The notes beneath the pieces are model-generated. The model was not told where the DNA came from. It made no database searches and saw nothing but the letters and a program-made list of their open reading frames with translations. A program made the position numbers and the translations under genes. DNA of 64,000 bases from Chrysomallon squamiferum (Eukaryota; Animalia; Mollusca), in contig CM022669.1 of NCBI GenBank assembly GCA_012295275.1, positions 15,376,001 through 15,440,000 of the forward strand, written 5' to 3'. Positions 53,283 through 64,000 of this stretch are shown here, in pieces (positions within the stretch are counted from its first letter, which is position 1; every line of letters starts with the position of its first letter).

Positions 53283-54660
53283 CACACACATACATACATC
53301 CACACACAAACCCATACAAAAAATCCAAACAAATTTAAAAAAACAAAACATAAATGTAATTAAGAAAAAAGAACACCGAAATAAACCCACAAATTTAAAC
53401 GTGACTACTACCGCCATTAAAGTGACTAAGATAACAACGTAATAAATACAGTCATCCTGTACCGCACGTCTTCACACAGCTAATGTCAAACCCACTATCA
53501 GCTTCACTTACATCGTTCACACAACAAAGAGTCGTTTTCCAGCTTATCAGAACTTAAAAGCGTCTTTCAAAATTCCTTTCACTGAAAAAAGCCGTAATCC
53601 ATAATGGTTTGCTGACGTGTTTACAAACAAAATCTTCCTGGTTTCGTGGAACATTTTCTTAATGATTTCTTTTGTAATAATTTGTTTGGTCATTGCGGTG
53701 GAAACAGGAATATCGTTTACGTGCCATTTTACCACTCGGAGCAATTTGAAGCAAATTTGTTATCAAAGACAAACACCATTTATATGCGCTACGTTTATTT
53801 ACAGTAAGCTGCTGTTCCGGTTTTTTTTTTTTTTTTTTTTTATGAAATGTAAATGTTTTTGTTGTTGTAATACTGTTGATAAACGTTTATTTTCAAATAG
53901 GAGGTTAGCGTAGAATATGGAATATATTTTGATAATTTGTTATAGGATCCTGTTTAATGATACATCGCATCTACGTAAATGGTAATGAATTAGTATGACA
54001 CAAGCTAATGATTTCCTGTCTCTATCTTTCTGTACTGTATCTCTATTCTCTCTGTCTTTGACTCCCTAACTCATTCGCCTTCTCTCTCTGTATGTTCTTG
54101 TCGATGTATGTCATTCTTCAACACATACACACACACAGCCATATTCAAACACACACTCACACACGTACACACACACACGTACACACACACAGCCATATTC
54201 AAACAAACACACACTCACACACGCTCCCACTCATGCACAGAGCATCACTCACACAAACTCACAAATATAAAAAAATATCATACATATTATTCACTTATAC
54301 ATAAAACATTTTCAACAATTTCCTTTTTCTCCCAACCAGATCTTAGTTATCTGTGCTTTTTTTTTTTTTTTTTTTTTAACATGAATTAATTATAATGAAG
54401 AATAACTTCTTATCACAAAACAAAATAAGAGGTATCTTTAGTATTCCTAACTAAAACGCTATCTATCATTATCTAATACTGTTGTCCGTTTCGAATATAA
54501 ATGTAAACTGATTAACTTGTAGTTATTTCTAATAACTAAGTTTTAATGTAAGTAACAAAACAGACAAATACGAAAAATGTTTTACATTATAATTATAGTT
54601 GTTAACTTTATTTGTAAATGATCTTTCGCCAGATACACTAAACAGTTTTCTTTAATACAT

Positions 54661-54864
54661 CCATCGGAATATTTCGTGTTCTAACCAGTGCTCCGCGAAT
54701 TTCTTAAAAATGTTTTTTTTTTTTTATTTTTTTTTTTATATCAAAGTTCGTTGTATGTGCTTCATTGTCTGTAAGTAGGTGGAATACAAAAAGATATCTG
54801 ACTGTTAATCATTATGAGTAGATTACGGAATTGCGGTGTTTCGAATTTCCTCTCTCAAATTATC
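54661..54864 (+). mobile_element. Decayed SINE relic (Meta/MESC-like central domain) interrupted by a T-rich tract
   Basis: CCAGTGCTCC...TATATCAAAG..CGT.GTATGTGC...TGTCTGT...AAAAGAT...CTG.TAATC...GAGTAG...TTTCCTCTCTCAA. Similar to the minus-strand copy at 42.0-42.2 kb. Confidence 0.5.
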
Positions 54865-57389
54865 ATCATACAAAAACTGTAATTGCGTTTTGAGCCTAAT
54901 AATAGTGGTATTAAAGCTGTGTACTTAAGTAAAACATGAATCGTTTGTTCAGTGAAAATAAAATATTACAATATCTGTGACATAGCGTCTAAGACTCACA
55001 GAAGTGGCCAAAGATCATCGTAAGAATCGCCAACATAAAAATAAAAATTAAAATAAAAATATAAATAAAAATATAAATACAAAAAATTAAAATAATAATA
55101 ATGCAAAAAATGTGTCGTCTTAATTCGTTCGATTTATTCATTCTGATACTGTAACACATGACTTCCGGTACATGCGCACTGACGTTCTTCTACACCTAGT
55201 TCTTTCCGATAATGCGGAGTCAAATTGAAATTGAAATACATCCTTTTTACCACGGAATAAAAGAAAATAAAAAAGGTCTAACTGTCTTTCTTATTTTGTT
55301 TTATCATTGTGATTTATAATTTTATATCTTCAATTACTTAGTGGGATTAAAAGACTGTTACCTGATTCTATTTTATGCTCGTTTCTTTATCAGTTTAAAA
55401 TTTACGTCAAGCTCGAAATGTATTTCAGTTAATCATTAGTTAAATCAGTCTGCTACACTTTCAGAAGACAAAAATTGACATTTTTCTCCTTAATTTGTTA
55501 GAGTCTGCATCATTATTGATGTTGCTTGAGCTGCAGATTCGATTAATTCTCTCTCTGTAGTTTAAAAATAGTTATCTATGAATCAGAAATGACAGGTAGA
55601 GCGTTCGAATCTTATCAAATTATTAATTGCATTTTGTTTTTCTTTAATGTTTTTTTTAATTTTTTCTTGTTTTTTTTATTTGTTTTTTTTAAAGGCAATT
55701 CATTTATTGATGGTTTAAACTGCGGTTTCATTTAATCTGTGTCAGGTTATTAATATTAATAATATATTGTTAGAAAATATATAAAACCTGTCAAATCTGT
55801 GTACTGATTATTTTATTTGTATTTTTTAACCTTTACTGATCTAATAATTAAAAAAGATGAAATAACAGTAAAATCAATAGATTTTTAACTGAACCTACTG
55901 ATATATGTGTCAGTTAATTTTGTGAAAGGATGGCTTTTGGTAAAGTGAAAAATGTATTTGAATTTATCGTAAAATACATTTTAGTATCATCGTTACTTCG
56001 CAAGGCAGTAAAAACTTATTTTAATATTATAGCATAATAATAATTAAACATGATAGTTATTAACTAAGCCAGAGAAAAATCTGAATACATTTAAAAACAA
56101 AACAAAACAAATAGTACAGAATTATATGATATAGGTCACTGGACTTAGATAATTAAAAAAAACTACACAGAATTTTATGTTACAGGTCTCCAAGTAATAG
56201 AAAACCCCTTTAATCGTTATTTTTAACAGCATAAAAATATTTTAAATAATATTAGAAAAATAACGTTAAAAGCTTCATGCTTAGACCAACATCATGCTTC
56301 ATTAATTTCAAGACATAAAATATGTAACCGCTCTTCGGTGAACCAGCCATTAGTTTGTTAATAATACTATTACGTCATCTGTAATTTCTACAACAACGTC
56401 ACATCACAGTGATTGCAGTTATATTAGCAGACAACTTGTAACCTTCAAAAATATCACCGGGTTTCATTGCAGTACTAGATGCATTTGCCAAAAAAAAAAA
56501 GAGTTAAAGATCATCGAAGTTAAATAAAATTATTCTGCAGTTTGACATCGTACGTATCCTCAGTGGGATTATTTGAACGTCTGTATAAAGGTTTATTGCT
56601 GTTAGACAAAAGAGTAGACCAGCAATTGCGATTGCTGGAATTTCCAATGACGTTTATAATTTTTTGTTTGATCCTTAACTGTATTTATAACAGCAGATTA
56701 AAAACGTGTTCTGTTCTTCACTGAAGCATTTCTTAATATTTCTTTAGATCGCAATACAAATTCTATTCAGTGCGGGTTTCAAATAACGTTATAACAAAAT
56801 CATTCGTTGTATTGAGTAATATGATTGTGTTTTCAAAGTTATTATAACGCAACTTCTATTCGCTATAGAGAACAGCATCAGCAAACTTCAAAGAATTTGC
56901 ACACACGAAGAAAAAACAACAACAACAACATGTTCTTGTTAATACGACAATGCATGTATTTTTCAACGCAGTTTACTGAAATGATCGTTATTTCACGTCC
57001 GTTCCTTGTTTTTCTGACCTCATTGGAAATATCGTTTTCCTATTAGGCTGACATTAATGGCAATACTTTGTCATTATTTCAGTCACACTAAAGGGAAAAT
57101 AGCCGCTTGATAGTAAAAAAAAAAAAAAAAAAAAAAAAAACGAGTGGAATAATAACCGCTCTGTGCTAAATCGTAAAAAAATAATAATAACAAAAAAGTA
57201 TTATAAAATAAACGTTATTAGTTAATACGGACAATTATTCTCCACGGTAGGATTAAACATTGGCTATATTGGTAATAATGACAACTGTTGTCTTGTACTC
57301 TTGTCGTAGAAACATATACCAAAATTCGGACTCAGCCTGACTGGCCTAACGCCTTTCTGTTATTATGTGTCGTGTGCGTACGTGTGTTT

Positions 57390-57432
<43 letters not shown>

Positions 57433-57497
57433 ATATGTATGTACAAGTGTATGCAAATGAGAGTGCGCGTTATTTGTGTCTGGAGCAAATAGTTAAA

Positions 57498-57564
<67 letters not shown>

Positions 57565-57712
57565 AGATAGATAGATAGATAGATTAGATAGATAGATATA
57601 AAACAGCTTTAAAGTAAAAAAATACAACACTAACAGAATGACCTAAATGAATAACATTTAAGCATAGAATAGACAAAAAAATAAAAATAAAAATAAAATT
57701 AAAATAAAATAA

Positions 57713-57756
<44 letters not shown>

Positions 57757-58122
57757 AAGGAAAACTAAAAACTAAAATAAAAAAGTAAAAATAAAATAAA
57801 AATAGCAATAAATAATGTAAGTTACTACGCTGCTCTCACTGTTCTCTGTAAACACTCGTTATTTTATTTTATTTTTTAAAAATATACTAAAATCCCCTCT
57901 AGTCATTTAATTGTCGGTCTTAGTTAAGTTCAGAAATCCTAGACGGCTAGGTCATCATTTGTCGACATGTTCTTTTATTTTATTATTATTATTATTATTT
58001 TTTTAAATCACAAAAGGAAGAAATTCATCTTAAAGTATTTGACATTTGTGCACTGAAAATCCCACTGGGTCAAATTTTAATATAATATGGGGGTGGTTGA
58101 GCGTTAATCTTGAAAGCAGACG

Positions 58123-58156
<34 letters not shown>

Positions 58157-58444
58157 AGTGTAAAAAAATAAACTGAACTAGCAGAAAGATGAATCATTGA
58201 GTCATAGATGTCTGATGGAATCACTGATTTAATAAAATGAAACAGTCATAATTTTGCGAAATTCCACAGCAGAAGTTTATACGTTCAAAAGTTTCTATTT
58301 ATAACCTGTAATACATTTTGCGTAAGTTATTATATTGACGGGGTTGTTGAACTTGAGTACAGTTACTGACATGGCCCTATAGCGAATGGGAAACACAAAT
58401 TAATTTCCCCTTTTTTATACTCAAGAAAAAATGAGAGAGAGTTA

Positions 58445-58515
<71 letters not shown>

Positions 58516-58971
58516 GTAGTCTACATTGAGAGAGACAGAATGAGAGAAGAAAAAGAGAGAGTGATTCAGACAGGGAAACAGAGAAAGAAAGAGAACAGAA
58601 AGAGAGGACAGAATGGTAGCATTCAGTAAGAAAGACAGATAGATAAATAACTAGGTAGGCAAACAGAATGAGAGAAAAAGAGAGCAACAACTGATGAAGA
58701 ACGAAACTAAGTTATGATAGAATCTTCTTGCAAATTTTATTTTTGCTCACTTAATATTTGCTCCCTCTCTCTCATATGACAAGCTGTGAGGGTAGGATCA
58801 GATTAGTACTAGTTAATTAAAGCTAACAGTGACAAAGAAATAAAAATAAAAATAAAAGACTGATAGTGCCGAACGGAGTATGCTACGTTTCCAAACATCG
58901 TGCTTCTAAAACAAACAGTGTATGCTTTGGGTTCAGCTTTTAAAACAGTGCTTCTGTCTGGATAAAACTAT

Positions 58972-59068
58972 ATGATTGTTAGCTGTATTCGAAATAGAAA
59001 ATTTAAATTTATTTATCTAAATGATTGTTAGCTGTATTCGAAATAGAAAATTTAAATTTATTTATCTA
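58972..59068 (+). repeat. Perfect tandem duplication, 49-bp period
   Basis: ATGATTGTTAGCTGTATTCGAAATAGAAAATTTAAATTTATTTATCTA starts at 58972 and at 59021. Confidence 0.95.
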
Positions 59069-59614
59069 CTCTGAAACAAATAATAACGCGGTTGAAATGT
59101 TATAAGTATATATCTGAACTAATAGAATATAAAAACAATTACGCTTATTAACAAGTGTTCCATTTCGCCAGCAATACTTAACTTTTAGTTTCGCGGTTTC
59201 TATGATGCACAATGGGATGACGTTTTCATACCTAATTAACATATTTTTCTAATATAATGCAAATTAAAATGGTACCGAAAATTAAGAAATAAACAGTTGT
59301 ATGGCAAAATGACAGTCGATTATGAATTTATTAAATTACTACGTTACTTAAAAACTGTCCCATCTTCTGCACAGACTGTAACCAGGGGTTACATGTCGTC
59401 ATATTGATAAAACATTTAATTACATACGTATGACGTCGTTAATTGTACAAACCCTCTGCAAACCTTAATTTTTTTAAAAGCACGAAGTTGGAATGTTATT
59501 TTTTTTGAAGCTGAGGTGAACACACATTAAATGTACAACTGATGCTATCTGTGGGCTAAAACGAAGCTAACTAAACATCATGTATAAATCCAAGAATTTA
59601 AAACAATCAACAAA

Positions 59615-59700
59615 TGGATACCTTGGTGGGTATTGAACCTGATGCAGTGATTCGCATGACATTATATAGTCCGCGGTCTTAACTTCTCGCCCAAGGGGAC
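59615..59700 (-). pseudogene. tRNA-like relic (long variable arm, Ser/Leu-type): tRNA pseudogene or SINE head
   Basis: Minus strand reads GTCCCCTTGGGCGAGAAGTTAAGACCGCGGACT...CAGGTTCAATACCCACCAAGGTATCCA. A-box-like and B-box-like (GGTTCAATACC) elements have tRNA spacing, but the stems are mismatched. Confidence 0.5.
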
Positions 59701-59826
59701 ATCTGAACGGGAAAGTTGCCTAGCAACAAATACGACATAAACACATTAGAATTTCGTCATGTAAGACAGGATAAGATACCTTATCCGCGAATAATGTCAT
59801 AGAAACATAGTAATTTTCTGAGTGTT

Positions 59827-59862
<36 letters not shown>

Positions 59863-60015
59863 TTTATATGTTTATGAACAAAGGATAAAAGGGTATTAGC
59901 AGGTAAGTGCATTTGAGTTTGACACACTTTCCTTCTGGTTTTGTGTAATTTGGTATGATACTGTAGGGCGAAGATGCTATATATAGGTTGCTTTTGAGAT
60001 CTCTTGTATTTGGAG

Positions 60016-60100
<85 letters not shown>

Positions 60101-60125
60101 ACTAATAATAAACTTATTCCAAAAG

Positions 60126-60164
<39 letters not shown>

Positions 60165-60240
60165 AACATTAAAAAGAAAGTAAAGTCAAACGAAATAAAC
60201 ATGGCACCATAATGTCATGTGCTATTGATAAAAGATAAAG

Positions 60241-60274
<34 letters not shown>

Positions 60275-61510
60275 AAGAAACAACAAAAACAAGTGCTCTC
60301 CAAAAAAAAAAAAAAAAAAAAAAAAAAATTATAAAAAAAAATAAATAAATAATAATAATAATAATAAAAATTAAAATATTTTTTACTTTTAACTGTCAAC
60401 GATCGTTTGCACCAAGTTTCGTTAATAGCTGATATGAATTAACAAAATGTACACCAGCGCTTATAACTGATGCACACCCATCGTGTACATTGACAGGAAT
60501 CTACATGGGATGAAATAGTCTACCAAGTACTACTCTTTATACAAGTATAAATCCAGGATTTTTGGAATAAACTGAGAGCGACAACATTCTGTCAGGATAC
60601 AACTTTAAAGATGAAACTAATTTTATTGTACAAAGGGCCGGGAAAATAACAAAAACAAAACAGTAAAGGTAAAAATTGAGAAAAAAAATAGAGACAATAC
60701 TTCTGGTTCACTACTCACTGAATCCGCAGATAAACGTGTATTAGTACTAAATAACGGGAGTTCAGAAAGAACTGTTATTAAAAATTCCAAGGAGGTTAAA
60801 AATAAAAGAAACAATGGTCAGAAATATTTCATTCTTTTTCTTTTTATTTCTTTAAAATATTATTATTATAATTTTTTTTTTAATTATTCATTACCAAATG
60901 TTTTCATCGGAAGCAGTCTGAAAGGTCCCGAGAAACAGAAAACATCGCAGTGCTTTTTAATTGTGTATCGGGTTACCGGAAACTGACGACTGATAATTAA
61001 TAACTGCTACGCTCGTTAAAAAAAAAGGAGTAACTGAGTAACGGTCTTTGTTCTACTGCATTAGATAAAGTTTCCGATAAACAGAACAGAATAAAAATAT
61101 AAACGATCTTCCTTGTGGTGCCTTAACCGCTAATTTTGATTAATAAACTTATATAGTGTTTATTTATTTATTTATTTATTTTTTTTTATTTTTTTTTAAT
61201 ATTACTAACTCCATGATGAATCTGATTTTGAATTAAAAGGTAAAAAAAATATTTATATTTTGAAACTCGATGTTCATTGATTGCAAACATAACGCAGTTT
61301 ACCAAAGCGTGAAATGGAACAAAAATTAATTCACTTTCTGTTTTAAAGATTAATTCAGTGGCATTGTGATTGAAGTAAATAATAATTAAACTTGGCCAAA
61401 AAGTAATTAAACTCGATGGATTTGTCCGACGTAACATTTTGAAATTGTTTAAAAAAAAAAAAAAAAATAGAACATGAAGATGCATTAGACAATACTTATG
61501 TGCCTGTTTG

Positions 61511-61564
<54 letters not shown>

Positions 61565-61896
61565 AATAAACAAAGATGTGAATACGTTTATACTCTCTTT
61601 GTTTTTTCACGCACAAACAAGTGTCGACTTTTGTACGTCGACTATACAAAGTATAAAAAAAAAAAAAAAAAAAAAAGGGTTTACTTCAACAAAAACCCTC
61701 GCGCTGACTTAAGTTGCCAAAATCATACCTGTATATGACTTGCCGGTCATGGGCAAATATATATTTTTTTAATATGTTTTGAAAAATTTTACATGAGTAA
61801 AATTCTGTTCGTTTACCAGAATTTAATATTATGAAGCGGCAATATAATTATTAAAGAAAGATAACATTATAAGTTAATATATATTAAAAAATCAGA

Positions 61897-61943
<47 letters not shown>

Positions 61944-62107
61944 TGATGATGATGATGATGATTATGATGATGATCATGGTGATGATGACTGCGACATCGT
62001 GGCTGTAATATTACATAACTTAGCTTGAAGCAAAATCAGTCAGGACATAATGAAGTTTATAATGAACATGATGAAATGTTTTGGTTATGATGATGATAAT
62101 AAAAAAA

Positions 62108-62153
<46 letters not shown>

Positions 62154-62484
62154 GTAATAATAATGATAATAATAAGAACAACAAAATACGTTACTGGAAC
62201 TGCTACTGTCTAGGCAACACGGCAACAAAGAAAACCACTGATGACAAAATACACAACGTAGGTGAAGAACATGAATAAAGATAACACTGATGTCGAAAAC
62301 ATAATAATCTGATTGTGATTACAGGTATATAGATTGTTTATTGGCCAGGTAAAAATCCTTTGGTTTTTCTGCCAACAAAACCCCCCACCAAGGATCAACC
62401 CTGTAGACTAGTGTTGATCGGCACATAATGAAAACAAAATGAGCGTTGAACATGCCTTCATATTTTATAATAATAATGATCATT

Positions 62485-62531
<47 letters not shown>

Positions 62532-64000
62532 GTCTTTATTAAACCCTCAGACAGACCTACTGAATGTTTGTTTTTGAAAAGTTAAATTCCTAACATCTTT
62601 ACACATTACAAACAAACGCACACACGCAAATACGTACTGTTTATTAAAAATAACAGAAAAAAAAAAAAAAAAAAAAAAAAAGAAAAAGGTATTTGCTTAA
62701 ACAATAATATCTTCTTGTTTAAATACTATTTTTGAAATTTCTCAAATTCGTTATCATCCGACAAACACAAGATATTTTTATATTTTTAAAGTTTCCTTTT
62801 TTTTTTTTTTTTTTTTTTTTATCTATACCTTCGTTTATTCTTTCTTAAATTAAAGCCAATGACCCCGTTTTACTTACAAGTAATTCAAAGATCTCAGACA
62901 GATATCTTGCTAAAAGCTTTGCCGTAAACATGATAAGGCTTCCTTATTTTGTGTTACAATGTTTCTTTTAAAAACGAATTTAAAAAAAAAAAAAAAAGGG
63001 TTAGTAAAAATTAGTGATATTAAAGCAGCATTAAAATAGAAAAATTGTGCCAAGCATAAAAAAAAAAAAAATAATAATAATAATAATAAAAAAAGTGATG
63101 GATAGAAATGGTTTAATTTTAAGGTTAAAAATAAAGAAGTAAATAAAGAGACAAATAAATGAATAAAAAATAAGTAAGTAAATAGAAACTTATCAAAAAA
63201 AAAAAAAAAAAAAAAATTAAAATGAATATTCCTTCATTTTTAGCTTAAAAATTAAAGTTCATATTCAATAAGTAATTGTTCAAAATATTGAAAATAACAA
63301 GCAAGAAAAATAAATTTATAAAAAAGATTATTCAAAAAGCAAAACATGCAATACAAAAATAAATGCTTTATTCTATTGAGAAATCTTAGACGTATTTTAC
63401 TGATGAAACGGAGTTAACATTTTTCTTATCTCTAAAATAAATAAAACTTTGAAAAATGACCAAAAAACCCCCACAACTATATATATATAAATGTATATTA
63501 AAAATCTTTTGGCATGCATGTGTAGCTCATTCTACTAATACTGACAAAAACACTTAACAATAGAGCATAAAAAAAAAGAAGAAGAAAAAAAGCATTGAAC
63601 AATTTCCAGCACTTTTCATCATTTGCTATAGGATGCTAAAAGTTTTATAATGTGCTACCGTAGGTTATTTTCACAAGGCAATAACCGAAAAAAATATTAC
63701 ATTAAACAAAAAATATTATGATACTCTTTTAATTTTTAATTTATTTTGTTGCATGACGATTTAAAATAGATCAACGGAGCAATCGTTTCGTATTAATTAA
63801 TAAAGTTATAAAATAATATTTTCACTGTAATTGTTTTTCTTATATGTTTAGCTGAGGTTTAAGTCGATTTGTTATGTTTTGTAGAAAGCCGAAGAAGGCT
63901 TAAAGAGAAGGGATTTTACTGCTTGTTTGTGGTAGCTCACTATAAGTTTAGCTCATCACAAGTTATTGGAATGTGCAAGTCATTTATTAACTTATCTTAG

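Overview
AT-rich, microsatellite-dense animal genomic DNA with spliceosomal GT-AG introns. The SINE relics suggest a mollusc, possibly a gastropod, but that is an unverified inference. The first 13.4 kb holds two housekeeping genes head-to-head, with ATGs about 1 kb apart. One is a 3-exon alpha-endosulfine/ARPP-19 gene (minus strand, 131 aa, CDS 5674->3520). The other is a 7-exon PIGO / GPI ethanolamine-phosphate transferase 3 gene (plus strand, 1074 aa, CDS 6665->13332). The remaining ~50 kb is mostly non-coding. It contains one GC-rich orphan terminal exon on the minus strand (38842->38536) encoding a Cys/His-rich tail of unknown family. A nest of non-autonomous repeat structures lies at 25.5-33.1 kb: TIR elements, a 49-bp minisatellite, a 106-bp direct repeat and a pogo/Tigger-like MITE. 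Also present are a CRE/E-box-rich island followed by a decayed AT-rich ORF (43.0-44.3 kb), decayed tRNA-derived SINE relics and many simple repeats. Most ORFs in the supplied track are microsatellite artefacts. I see no clear evidence of a complete novel biological system. The best leads are the orphan exon, the 43-44 kb island and the TIR family at 25.5/25.9/31.1 kb.
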